Part shown: piece after piece, positions 26,453 through 39,702 of the stretch
How positions within the stretch are numbered: the first letter of the stretch is position 1
Layout of the letters: every line of letters starts with the position of its first letter
NCBI GenBank assembly: GCA_964016885.1
Contig: OZ024742.1
Coordinates: 64,790,001 to 64,854,000, forward strand
Direction of reading: 5' to 3'
DNA length: 64,000 nucleotides
From: Eledone cirrhosa
Lineage: Eukaryota
Notes under the pieces: model-generated
Told to the model about the DNA's origin: nothing
The model's input: the letters and a program-made list of their open reading frames with translations, nothing else
Database searches by the model: none
Made by a program: the position numbers and the translations under genes

Positions 26453-29400
26453 ATCATCATCATCATTTAACATCTATCTTCCACGCTAGTATGGGTTTAG
26501 ACGGGAATTGTCCCACGTGAGGCAAGATTGGTTGTCTTGCTCGTATAGGACTGTCTGGCGGGTTTTCTACGGCTGGATGCCATTCCTAACACCAACCACG
26601 TTTACCGTGTGGACTGGGAGGGTCTTACCGTGTTATCTACACGGCCACATTATAGCGTGGACTGTGTGTTTTTTTGTTGTGACACCTACACAACCTTCTT
26701 TATTTAGGACTGGATGTTGTGGCACCAACATAACTTTACAGAGAAAGGGGTGGTGTAGATGGGGGTGGGGGTAGGGGTAGTGGGATGGGGGTGTATTTTT
26801 GGTTAGGAGGTGCCTACTGACTGTAGGTTTCGCTTTGTACTTAAGCAAGGCGGGTCTGCTGTATTACTGCGTAGCGCCAAAGATCTCTGTCCAGTGACAT
26901 TGTCTTGGAGAGGTGTAAGTGTGTAAGGTCGGAATTTATCAAATCGTCCCAGGTTTTTCTGGGTCTGCCTACTCCATAGCTTCCATCTATTTTGAACGCC
27001 CTGCACTTTTTTATACAGCTGCGCATCACGTGACCATACCAATGTAGTCTTCTCTCGAGTAAACAGCATCCGATCCCTCTTATTCCTAATTTCTCACTTA
27101 GTTCATTTATGCTTTCACGTATATTACTATTACACATACAACGGAGTATGCAAGCTTCGTTCCTCTCCAGTCTGCGCAGATCCTCTGCACACAATGCCCA
27201 TGTCTCACTGCCATGTAACATTGCTGTTCGTATGCAGGCATCATACAGTCTGCCTTTCATTTTTAGGAAGAAACCTTTAGAGGCCAATAGTGGTATAAGC
27301 TCTCTGAACTTTTTTCATCCCGTTTAAACTCTAGCTACTGTACTTTCAGAGCACCCTCCACCACTGCTGATTTTGTCACCCAGGTAACGGAAGGTGTCCA
27401 CTATTTCTATAGAACCACCTGGGCAATGGAAAGGGGCTAGTATCCTGTGGGCACTTGCTACTACTTATTGCACCTGAGACCTGGCCACATATAAAATCTA
27501 TGTTCTTAGTTTACCTGTGATCTCACTACATCTTTTATGCACCCATACTTTGCATTTGGGACATAAAATGGAGTTTCTGCCTACTCCTTTCCTACACACT
27601 GAGCATGGCCATTTCCCAGAGGGGACCAGTACCCTATTTTCCTTCCTACATACTTGAACTTTAGTCTTAGACAAGTTAATTTTAAGGTCTTTTAATTCTA
27701 GGCCATACTTCCAATCCAAGTTTGGAATTTCTTCTCTAGTTCAACCATTGATTGAGCTATGAGCGTTAGATCATCTGTGTATAGAAGTTCCCATGGGCAG
27801 CCTGTCTTGAACTCCTCTGTTATAGCCTGAAGGGCAATAATAAATATGAGGGGGTCTAAAGACAGAGCCCTGATGAACACTGACTTTTACGCTAAACTCT
27901 TCACTATATTCATTGTTAATTCTAACCTTGCTGACTGTTTCTTTATACATGGCTTGTATAGCTCTCACGAGTCATTCATCAAGACCTAGTTTTCTATGAG
28001 CACACCAGATAATGAAGCGGAGGACTCTGTCAAAGGCTTTCTCCAAGTCAACAAAAGCTAAGTATAGGGGTTTACTTTTAGCTAGGTACTTCTCCTGTAG
28101 TTGTCGTACAAGGAACAGAGCGTCTGTGGTACTTTTACCTGACACAAACCCAAACTGCATTTCATCTAGATCAATTCACTCTCTGATTAGTTGCGCTATA
28201 ACTTTTTCTGTGACCTTCATGACCTGGTCAATTAATTTAATGCCTCTATAGTTTCCCCTATCTAGGGCATCTCCTTGACCCTTGTGGCAGTTAATGATAA
28301 TGGTGCTACGCCAGTCATTTGGTATGACCCCATTCTGTATGACTTGGTTTACTGTCCGGGAGACCATAGTGTGTCCCACCGATCCAGATGCTTTCAGCAT
28401 TTCAGCAACTATCTCCAAAGGCCCAGCTGCTTTGCCTATCTTCATATCTTTGATTGCCTTACTTATTATACTACCTTCAACTTGCACTGCTGGTACCTCT
28501 ATTGGATCGATTTGGGGCAGACTATCTTTTTCCCACTTATTCTCCTCATTTAGCAGCCTCTCGTAGTGACACTTCCAAGCTACCTTCTTATCAGTGATGG
28601 CAAGTATACCATCATCATTATGGACACACTTCACACAGTTTTCCTTGACACATTGTCTAGCAATCCTGAACACCTCACATATTTAGTCCTCGCATTGTAG
28701 AACATGCTTGAACTTTCTTTCCTCTGCTTCCCTTCTTGCAAAGTACACTTGTCTCCTAGCTTCTCTCCTGGCCACTTGAGAGTGTTCTCTACTTCCCCCA
28801 TCCCACCATACTTTCCAAGCTTGCTTTTTGGCTTTGATTGACTCCACCACCTTACTGTTCCACCACCATATTACTCTCCTCCTGCTTATAAGTTTGCTCC
28901 AGCCACAGATTTCATCTGTCGCCTTCAGCAGGTTAACTTTCAGGAATTTCCACTGTTCCTCTATACTGTACGTCTCTAATTGCTCTTCCTTACTGTTAAA
29001 AGCATCAAGTAATATGCCTTTAAATTTGTTACTGGCTGTGGGGTCCTTTAACTTCCATATTCTTCTTCTTAGGGTGGTCCTCCTCTGTTGTCGAGTATGT
29101 CTCGTCCTGACTATGAGGTCACTAACTATTAAGCTATATTGGGAGGTGCATTCTTCACGGGGAGGGATTTAGTGTTTACAACCAACACTTTGTCACGTCT
29201 TCTGGTAAGGATATAATCTATCTGACTGGCGTGTTTCCCTGATCTATAGGTGATCAAGTGATTGTTTCATTTTTTGAAGTTTGTGTTACAGATAGTTAGG
29301 TTATTTGCGTCACAGTATTTCAGAATTCTGAAGCCTTCCTCATTTCTGGTACCATACCCGTAGCCTCCATGGATTCCGTCATAGCCATCACAATGTTGTC

Positions 29401-30100
29401 CAACATGACCATTTAGGTTGCCAGCAATAATTATGTAGTCACTATCGATTATTTGGGAGGTAGTGAGCATTAGCGACTCATAGAATCTGTCTTTTATAAC
29501 GCCAAGCAGTCCAAATTGGGGTGAGTAAGCGGATATTATTGTCACAGTAGTTCTATTTAGGACAAGTCTTATTTTGATTATTCTGTCGTTCACTCTATTT
29601 ACGTCAATTACCCATTTTTCTGTTAACATAATTCCTACTCTACCCAGCCCATTTTCATTTCCCACCCAGAAAAGTTTATAGCATCATTTTTTTACCCACA
29701 ATGAATCTAGCAGACCCACCCTCCACCTAGTCTCTTGGATGCAACAAGCATCAACTTCCTTACGTTCAAGCATCTCTACAACCTCGTTAGAGTGACCTTT
29801 TAAAGTGCCTACATTCATGGTACTAACTCTGAAGTTTTGGATTTCGTTTGATGGGTGGAAGAGATGGGTTGGAGGTGTAGGGAGGGGTGAGGGAGATGGG
29901 TTTATGTTTGCCATCCGCGTCTGAAATAAGAGGAATCCTTGCATTTTCGTCCGGCCACATGAGGTGAATTTATCTTTATCTTTGACATTGTCATTTGAGT
30001 GTCCAGATCCTTCAGACTCTCCAGAATCCCAGTCCATCTAGCATATCAAAGGTAGCAAGGTTTAAACTTAAGAAGTGAATAGCCAAGGCGGTGGTTTTGT
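26453..30100 (-). mobile_element. Near full-length decayed RTE LINE (APE plus RT)
   Basis: APE motifs TMNVGTL, CIQETRW, SAYSPQ, GNLNGHVG; RT fragments with stops and frameshifts; (GAT)n tail next to TA. Confidence 0.92.
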
Positions 30101-30157
30101 GTAAGAGATTGGTAAGAGAGACGTATAAGCCGCTGAATTATGATTGGACCATCTAAT

Positions 30158-30346
30158 AATTGTTTCTACTTTAGGCACAAGGCCAGCAATTACCCAGTTC
30201 ATTACTGGTACTTTATTTTATCAACCCCGTAAGGATGAAAGGCAAAGTCAACCTCGGCGGGATTTGAACTCAGATCGTAAAGGGACGTAACTATGCTGGA
30301 AAGCATGGCGTCCGACCCTCTACCGATACTGCCAATCCACCGCCCT
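30158..30346 (-). mobile_element. Full-length SINE family 1 with TSD
   Basis: GACCATCTAATAAT at 30147-30160 and 30354-30367. Confidence 0.9.
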
Positions 30347-30711
30347 GGATTTTGACCATCTAATAATGGTGGCGAGTGGGGGCGAGGGAGGGGGGGATAT
30401 GGGGAAGTTAACTAGAAGGTTATTTTTAAAAATCTAAACCTATAAACAAACGTATAACAGTAATCAGCGTTTAAATACAAAGAAGGTTATTAAACGAATG
30501 TATAACAGTAATCAGAGTTTAAATACAAGAAGATTGTTTTTGAGGGTGTGACAGAATTAATGAATAAAATTGAAAGCTTGGATTCTAAGTAAATGGACTG
30601 TGTAAAAACAGAGAAAATACAAGAAAATGCCGTAAATATAATTACATTTCTCAAACGTCCCTTCGGCAGGGATGAAGATTCGAAGGATTCTGAAATATAT
30701 ATATATATATA

Positions 30712-31029
30712 TCATCATCATCATCATACGTCCGCTTTTCCCTGCTTGCAAGGGTGGGACAGGAACTGATTCTGGCTTGATTTCTACAGCTGGATGCCCT
30801 TCCTAACACCAACCTCATTTACAGTGAGTGCTGGGTGCTTTTTTGCCGTGGCACCTCCACGACCAGTTTGCAGGGGAATGATAGGGACCCCATCTCATTT
30901 GAGTAAACTGGAGCAATGTGAAATAAAGTGTCTTGCTCAAGGAAACAACACATCACCCAGTCTGAGAATTGAACTCACAACCTTTCGATTGCAAGGCCAA
31001 TGCTCTAACCACTAAGCCATGTGCCTCCT

Positions 31030-31030
<1 letters not shown>
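30712..31030 (-). mobile_element. SINE family 2 with RTE-type tail, inserted in TA
   Basis: tRNA head, CCTTGAGCAAG core, GGAAGGGCATCC block, CCCACCCTTGCAAGCAGGGAAAAGCGGACG(TGA)n tail. Confidence 0.88.
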
Positions 31031-31077
<47 letters not shown>

Positions 31078-31112
31078 ATATGTGTGTGTGTGTGTGTATA
31101 TGTGTGTGTGTA

Positions 31113-31163
<51 letters not shown>

Positions 31164-31230
31164 ATATATATGTGTGTGTGTGTGTATATATATATGTGTG
31201 TGTGTGTGTATATGTATATGTATATGTATA

Positions 31231-31269
<39 letters not shown>

Positions 31270-31432
31270 TTGATATATCTCATATGAAATAATACAGCCA
31301 ATTTTCCACACAATACAATTAGTTAGCACCCCAAACGTTTAATTAGGAATATACTCACTTATTTCCTGATGTTTGTTGAGTGAGTTGGAATTTGGTTGGA
31401 GTATCGCTATTAGCTTTCTCTGATAATGTATT

Positions 31433-31462
<30 letters not shown>

Positions 31463-31463
<1 letters not shown>

Positions 31464-31546
31464 GAAAAAGAACACAAGAGCGTCTACAACATCAAAAGAT
31501 TTTTATTGGCTTACAATGTTTCTTCCTTACGTAACCGTAGGATTAT
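31463..31546 (-). mobile_element. TA-flanked fragment starting within hammerhead stem II
   Basis: Reverse complement is TCCTACG GTTA CGTAAGGAA-GAAA-CATTG-TA-AGCC...; the CUGANGA half is absent. Confidence 0.5.
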
Positions 31547-31562
31547 ATATATATATATATAT

Positions 31563-34420
31563 ACGTGGAAAAGTAAGAAATCGGAGAATAGACCGTTAAA
31601 ACATGTTTATTTAAAACAGCACCTACGTAGAAATGTAACTTTAATGAAAGCCCCTCTATTAGACTAATATGCCCCTCTACATCTGATATAGGTAAGATTA
31701 GTAAAGCGATCTTCGACAGAGTACTACTGGAGCTTAATAGAAAGGCTAAGGTCTGCCGCTGGGGCAACACCGACCAGGTCATAAATTGGTTCACCGAGTT
31801 GCCGGATAAAGCGACCCTGAAGTTCATCCAGTTTGACATAGATAGTTACTACGCTTCTATCTCCCCCATACTCTTAAATAAGGCACTCATCTTAGCTAAA
31901 TCTAACACTAGCCTCACTAAAAAAGAAATAGACATAGTTCTAGCTGCGTGTAGAACCATTATCCAGTTCGAAGGCTCCCACTGGACCAGAACCAACCGTC
32001 CTGATAACTTCTATGTCACGATGGGGTCCAGTGACTCAGCGCAAGCAACTGACCTGGTCAGGGTATACCTCCTACATAAGCTTAGGGACGAGATATCGGC
32101 CCTACAAGGAAGTGTATATAGGGATGACGCCCTGTTTACCATTAGGAACCATAGCCCTCGTAGGATAGAGAACCTTAACAAGCATATACACAGGTTCTTC
32201 AAGTCATACGGCCTATCTGTAACTATAGACCTCAACCACCAGGTTGTCAACTTCCTGGACGTGACCCTGGAGTTGAGTACGGGCTTATACAAGCCATACC
32301 ATAAGCCTGGAGAGTGCCTCTCCTATATTAATTATGCCTCCAACCACCCTAAGTAGACTCAATTCCATAGTCTATAGTATTTCACATAGAATCTCGAGGC
32401 TATCTGCCAATGAGGATATCTTCAACCAAGCGGCAGATTACTACAATAGGGCCTTGATAAGCACCGGCTTTAACCGAGGAATTTCCTACATCCCTAACGC
32501 TAGCTCTAGAAACTACCCCCCTCATAAAACGAACATTATAGTAAGCCATACCTATAACCAATCACGCGGCGACCTCGTTGAAGTCGGATATAATAGAATA
32601 GATAATCGCACTAAAGATCACGACCCCGGCAACGGTGACCACCGTAGATTACTACTACAAAACCAACAAAGGCAACGGCCTACTACCAACGCCTTCCAAC
32701 CAACATCTTCCTGTACATAAACATGGAAGAGGGAAGAAGAGTGCACCCGAGCATAAAGTGAAAGGGGCACCTAACGGGCTACAGCGCATTAACATACATA
32801 AGAGCGGTCACCTAGATGGAACCACCCATAGCAAACGTACAAGGACACGTAATCGCCACTGTAACGTCCTATGGTTCCACGCCCCTACTCTCGGAGTGTG
32901 GCCTCCAACATACCCCGGATATTCATCGAAGCCGTAGAGAAGAACTTCCCGCCCAACCATAGGTATAGAAAAATTATTAATACGAACAATATAAAAATAT
33001 CCTTCTCTACTACTCCTAACCTAGCAGACATCATAGGAACAACGAACCACAGTAAGATCACCAAGACACAGCACCTCGACACAGACGCACCTACACCTGA
33101 CAATAACTATATCGACCTTAACAACTCCCTAGCAGCATCCAATACTGTTGGAAATGGCCCCCGCAGACGCAACCAGTATAACTGCGAAATGACTGGGGAA
33201 CATGCAGAACATGATGTGCGGAATAACAATCGCACCACCCCGCGTGCTGTGGGTTGTAATGGTGCTAACGACAGCTGCAGGAGCGTAGGTAACAACGTAG
33301 GCAGCAACAATTGTAGCCTTACCGTGGGAAATAGACGGAACCGTGACAGAAATTGCAACTGCCACGACAGAGGACGCTGCCCCCTTAGAGGATACTACTT
33401 GACTGATAGGGTTATATATAGATGCACTGTAACTAGCGCCACAGTAGCGTTAAACATTATATAGGAGCTACCTCCGGCCCGTTCAAAATTAGGTTTCGAA
33501 CACATCTCCACTCTTTCACAAATAAAAAACTAAGACACTCCACTTCGCTCGCGGACTGCATCACATCACTAAAGGACTCAAACATCAGCTTCTCCACGCA
33601 CTGGGATATTGTCGGCAGGGCTGCACCGTACAACTTCAAGAGGAAGTGCGATCTCTGCTTCATGGAGCTCTACCACATCATAACTGCACCCCACGAGCTC
33701 ATCAACAGCAGAGCTGAAACAGCGATAAGTTGTACACATCGCTTAAAAATATCCTTCTTCAGATGGGTTAAGGATGAGGAGTGAAACCGTGCACCTGATC
33801 TCCCTGCAACAAGTTTTAACACCCCGGCGGGCAGGTGCTGCAAAATAACACCCAGGAAACTAACCATGCATACCAGACCCAGCCTCAAACGACCCAGACA
33901 AACAGATGCGGCGAACAAACGTCTCAAAATAAGCGTTGGTTACATGACCCTGTGCGTATCGACAATGGTAAGGTTGTAACCTCATCTTGTAACGGATAAA
34001 AATTTGTCCGGGAAAGACTGCCCTAACATCGGCCAGAGTTACCTCCCTTGACCTGCTGCAAAATCAAAACAAGCTATTTTTGCGAGCAATGAACCTTGAC
34101 GTGAATTTAACCCCAAAAACTCTTTCCGAGCAATGTAAGGAACACTTTTGGTTATTTATGCCCTTGAGAAGCCCAACTGGGCAAAACGTACATAGGTGCT
34201 GTTTTAAATAAACATGTTTTAACGGTCTATTCTCCGATTTCTTACTTTTCCACGTGCTTATGCTCTGCTAACTCTCTAGCCCACTAAATATTAACACTTC
34301 GAATATTTAATACTGCCGGCACTAGTATCGAGCACCTTTGGCATACGCTACTTGGCAAATAACTATATGTATCACCTATCCTCCCCTTTTTTTCTCTCTC
34401 TCGATACGTAAATACTGTAT
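31563..34420 (+). mobile_element. Penelope-like element, family G, with inverted arm 31563-31629
   Basis: RT plus EN pseudogene; the arm is the reverse of about 34189-34255; degenerate hammerhead at about 34157-34200; TA at both ends. Confidence 0.92.
31630..33784 (+). pseudogene. PLE reverse transcriptase plus GIY-YIG endonuclease (multiple frameshifts)
   Basis: NFNESPSIRLICPSTSDIGKISK...FIQFDIDSYYASI...VTMGSSDSAQ...YRDD...VNFLDVTL...PYHKP...SNHP...WF.PYS...CNCHDRGRCPLRG...YIGATSG...CDLC. Confidence 0.92.
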
Positions 34421-34428
34421 ATATACAT

Positions 34429-34487
<59 letters not shown>

Positions 34488-34489
<2 letters not shown>

Positions 34490-35000
34490 GGCTACAACTT
34501 GATTTCGAGTAATGCCATCACCTGATACTTAAACATGAGCATCACAGACGTGACTTTTTAGTCCTGTTAGAGACTTGTCTATGGCCATCCATGCCATACA
34601 TCACAAAAAATGTCACATATCAAGTGATGCCTGTGCTTGAATCTGTTTTAAATGAGGAAAGGCTTTGCACAGGGCCAGTCCCACTCTCTGAACACTGAAT
34701 GCATTTGCCCCAAAACAAGAACTGGTCAACATCATTGGATGCAAACAAAGTCACAGATTTTATAGCAGTGTGACCTTCTCCTAGAGAGATGTCTTAATGA
34801 AGGCTAAGAGTCTCTTATTCCACAAAAGAAAAAATATTTATTGAATGGCTGTTGACTCCTGAGTTCCTCTGCCCTTTGATGGGTCTTGTGTTTCATCCCC
34901 ACGGAGTGTCCAAAATCACCCTCCTCACCAAGCAAGCTTGGTGGGGTTGCTGATTTTGTACTGGATTACGTATTACCAGTAGCACTGAAGAGCAACCTAA
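34488..35000. repeat. Unclassified TA-flanked repeat (longest copy)
   Basis: Aligns with 3091-3500 and 48088-48520. Confidence 0.75.
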
Positions 35001-35446
35001 CATATATATATATATATATATATATTAGAAAGGGTCAGGGCCTGATGGCTGAGCTCTTGCCATTTCAAGAGCTAGTTCCAGGCTGCTAAATTCAAAATAC
35101 CATTCCCCTGATGGAGTCGTAGGGCACCATATATTGACATGCAGTGTTTCTGGGGCATTTTTGGTAAAAATGGCAGAAGCCATCTCCTTTCCAGATCTGA
35201 GCACAGCAGATTTCTTCCAGAAAAGGATAGGGAGTGAGAGAAAAGAAGTGAGAAGATATATAGAGAAAAAATTGACCACACCTAGACAGGTATTTCTTTT
35301 TTTTAATTGACTTTAAAAGGATGATGGACAAAGTTGACTTTGGTGGGACTTGAACACTGCCAACAGATAGCTGGAATGAATGCAGCAAAGCATTCTATCT
35401 AATGCTCTAACGATTTTGCCAATTCACCACCTACATACATACATAC

Positions 35447-36710
35447 AAGTTATTGATGTTAAAATCCGAAAAATCCTAAAAAAAGCAGTGACATAGACTG
35501 CCTCTACTTGAAATGTAAACAGGTGGGCAGAGACCTAACATCAGTCCAGACAGCATTTGAGTGTCACATGATATCTCTCCGACAACACCTATGAACCACC
35601 AAGTGTAGGAGCCCATCTATTGAACATGTCTGTCCACATGAGACAGATAAGATCATGAGAGGTGGAAAGGTGCTCCTTGAGAAATACTCCCTGCATGATA
35701 ATCAAATACTAACACCCTGAGAAATTACCCAGCAGTACTGCAGTGAATCCATGGATGAAAAACTACATGCTTATCAGCAAAAAATCATGCATGGATATGT
35801 TGCCAGGAGGCTCCAAAGTGAGAGCAATATAGACAAGCAAAGTAGTCTATCTTGGACCAACAACTGCTATATTGGCTCCCACTTTGAAGGATATGCTTTT
35901 GCAATCCAAGAACAGGAAATCAATACAAAATACCTGATTCACAAAAGAGAAAGGGATGCAGGAAAAACATTTAGATGTGACAACAGATGCAGACTCTGCA
36001 GAATTAACATCAAGGATGTCACCCATGTCATAAGCAGCTGTCCAAAGATGTCATCATGGTACTATCTACCTATGAGGCATGATGTAGTGGCCAAAACACT
36101 GTGCAGTGCAATCTATAAAAAAAGACAATAAACATAATAAAAGTTACAGCAATGGAAGACATACATATTCATAATATGAAAGAGTACTGGTGGCATGTTC
36201 CAGTAAAAGCCCCAATAAAATTGCAGGCATAACAGACCAGATATAGTGATATACCTAGTGGTAAGGTCAGATGCCAATATAATATTAAAGATTAGAGAAA
36301 AGAACATATGTGCAGAATTGGTGGGGAATCTGAAGATGCTCCACCATGACTGAGCCTTCAGATTTATGCCTGTGATTATTGGGGCTCTGGGATATGTTAT
36401 TAACTAACTGCCTCAGTGTAGATCTTGAGAGGCTGGACTTCACAGAACCAAAGAGAACATGACTGGTTAGGAAGTTACAAGTACAATCCATTAATGGAAC
36501 TGTAAAAATAGGTAAAACATTTCAAAAATTCTGCATGTAATAACTGCATATATACATATATAGATACAAAACATATGCATGTGTACACATATAACTCAAA
36601 TCACACACATGCATACATATTTACCTAGTTGATGTGTCTAAATTCCAATGAAAGAGCCTTGCGTTTATGTTAGAAACCAACTCTCTCTCACTATTGGTAA
36701 ACATTTTTTT
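35447..36710 (+). mobile_element. Decayed R4/Dong-like LINE 3' part
   Basis: MHGY...SHFEGYAFAIQEQEI.TKY...CRLC...VTHVISSC...RHD...HNRPDI; homologous to 61720-62900; 5' junction at (TACA)n. Confidence 0.8.
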
Positions 36711-36909
36711 TTTTTTTAGTAAATTATACATAATAGGTGAAATATAAATTTCTATATAAAATATGCCTATACTCTACCAATGTTTTGAGTACCTTTTTTA
36801 ACCGTGTTTACCCCCAACACAACTCGCGAATCTACATATTTCAAGCTTTTAACTAATATATTTCTTCAGTGTACTGTGTCATTTGCTTTGTTATTTCTGT
36901 TTACTTTTT

Positions 36910-36970
<61 letters not shown>

Positions 36971-38366
36971 CATCTCCATTTAACGTCTATTTTCAATATT
37001 TTCATGCTTAGATGGGTTGTTTCATTCTGAAACCAGACTAGTCTGGTGACTATGTCTTGCTCATATACTCTATTTTTGGCTTGGTTTCTATGGCTGGTGC
37101 CCTTCGTATTGTACCCACTTTACAGTGTAGTCTGTGTACATTTCTATTGTGGCACCATTATTGGAGACGCGTTGATAGGAGCAAGGTGGGTGTTGTCATA
37201 CCATCATAAGAAAGGAAGCATCAATTCATGGTGGTGGCCTTAAGGAGAATGAGTTGCTTCTTGTGGTATATTGTGAGATGTGCCAGGCTTTCCATACTGG
37301 TATGGGTTGAGCAAGAAAGATGAATTGAGTATGTGGTACGGTGGGAAGAAGGGCATAATATGGGGTGGTGGTGAGGATGCACATCTTTCTTCTTTCTGTG
37401 CTGGCATGGTTAGACAAGAGAAATGGGGAGAGGGGCGAAGAATGTGAATGGAGGGGCATTTGAGGAATGGGTGAATAAGGTGAGGAAGGTGGACGTGAGG
37501 GCCAGGTCTGTCTACCTTTGTCTTTGCTGGCATTTCACCCTACTTCTGTGGAAAGGTGAGTCTTCTGTAGTACAGCATGTTTCCCAATGACCCAATCTTG
37601 TGTCTTCTTCTTCATGAGTTTCAGCTTTTTGAAGTCAGCCTTTACTACATCTTTCAAAGTTTTCTTGGCTCTTCCTCTTTCACATTTTTCACCAGCTTTG
37701 AGTGCTCAACACATTTTTAATGCAACTGTCATTCTTCATTCGTTGTAGTGTGCCTGAGCACTGTACACAATAATTTCATTATTATTTTAAGTATCAAATG
37801 TCCATACCAGCATAGTCTTCTCTCTTGTACTCTTTTGCTCAGGTTTTCTCTCAGTTCATTGATGCTTTATTTTTCATGCACACTCACATTACACATTGAA
37901 TTACAGGTACAACTTTTCTAGCTGAGTGGATTCAGACACAACACACAGCCAAGAATCAAACTCACATTACAATGATGAGCTAACCTCCCTAACCACTAAG
38001 CCATTCACCTTCACCTTACCATGCCATGACCATTACTACAGGAATGAAGACTTCACTCTACTGATTAACATACTTATATTTTTTATATAATCCTTCTTAT
38101 AAAATATATATTGTGTTTTGTGGTAACACTGTATGAGAACGTTTATCTCATGTTAAGTACTGCTTTAGAGATAAGATGATTAGCTGACATAATTATTCTG
38201 TATTCATTTCAATTTACTTTTATTTTTCCACTTTTTATCCTGAATCACCCAAAGGAAACGGGTTACAAATGATAACATGTATCAAGTGAAAACTAATACA
38301 ATTTTGTAGTATATCATAAGATATACAAAAGATAATGTGAAAGACCGATTCACCAGTACCGTAATA

Positions 38367-38562
38367 CGAGGGTCAGCTGAAAAGTTCATAGGCTGACAAT
38401 GAAGGAGTGATGCTAGAGCTGTGAAATATTTCATACATTAATTTCAACTCTTCTTATTAATAACTGCATTATTTCTTTCGAGTGACTGTTGAAAAATAAA
38501 CCTCATTTGATCATTCCATGAGAGTATCTTGGTCAGCCAATGAATTTTTCAGCTGATCCTCA
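38367..38562. mobile_element. Mariner-type MITE
   Basis: About 30-bp TIRs CGAGGGTCAGCTGAAAAGTTCATAGGCTGAC / GTCAGCCAATGAATTTTTCAGCTGATCCTCA, with TA on both sides. Confidence 0.8.
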
Positions 38563-38699
38563 TACATAAGACCTGTACACCAGTATCATAATACATAAGA
38601 TCTGTCCATCAGTACCATAGTAAAAAAGACCAAACCACCACTATCATAATACAAAAGATCAATCCAAAGTAAATATGGTGAGAGACCAGAGGCTATAGT

Positions 38700-39098
38700 A
38701 TTTAGCAATTGAACTGTGACAACTTCTCTAGTAATGGGGCCATAATAAAATGCACCCAGTCCACCCCATAATGTGGTAGGGCTGATGTTATGTTGATATG
38801 CATCCAGTCCACTCTGAAAAGTGGTAGGGCTAGTAGCACAACAAAAAACGCACCCAGTTCACTCTGTGGTACCATGAAAAACGCTTGCAGTACACTCTGT
38901 AATGTGGTAGTGCTTGTGTCATGAAAAAACGCCCTCAGTACTTTCTGAAAGGTGGTTGATGTTAGGAAGGGTATCCAGCCATAGAAACCATGCCAAATAT
39001 GAAATGTATGAGCAAGCAAGATGTGGTCACCTGATTGGTCTAACTTCAGAAAATGACAACTTATCCAACCCATGCAGATGTAAAATTGATGATGATGA
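38700..39098 (+). mobile_element. Old RTE-related tail with several copies of the roughly 45-nt unit
   Basis: Repeated AAAA.GCACCCAGT.CAC.CTG units, GTTAGGAAGGGTATCC, CCCATGC, (GAT)n. Confidence 0.65.
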
Positions 39099-39603
39099 TA
39101 AAGAAATATATGTTAATTTAGCTAAAAATGTGTCAATTTTATCTCTCAAGTGGTGGGTGGGTTGATAAAATTGGTTTCATCTCCCCTCAAAATAAATCTC
39201 TGACCATGTGGCTATGTTACAGAACATTTTATCTAATAGATATCAGTGAAAAGCAATAACAATAACAACAAAAACAACAACAACAAAAACAGCAAACAAA
39301 CTAAATATTGAGGAGATGCAGTAACTTAGATAAGTTAATGGACAATATGGTGGGTTTACACTAATTGGCCTCAATCATTATGTAAAGGGCTGTACTTAAC
39401 TGAAATATCATCAGTTGAAGGTGACAAATTGTTGGAGTATCAGATTAAAATGGCATGGTAATTGTTCTGGCTCATAGCATTATGAGTTCAAATTTTGCCA
39501 AAATCAACTCTGCATTTCCTCATTTTGAGGTCGATAAATAAAGTACCAATCCACTACAGGGGTTGATTTTCCTCCCTCCCCACTCTCTTTCACCCTCTCT
39601 CAT

Positions 39604-39698
<95 letters not shown>

Positions 39699-39702
<4 letters not shown>

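Noticed and set aside
30635-30700. Possible hammerheads at 30635-30700 (minus) and 53175-53215
   Set aside because: Core-like words are present but no consistent stems I to III.
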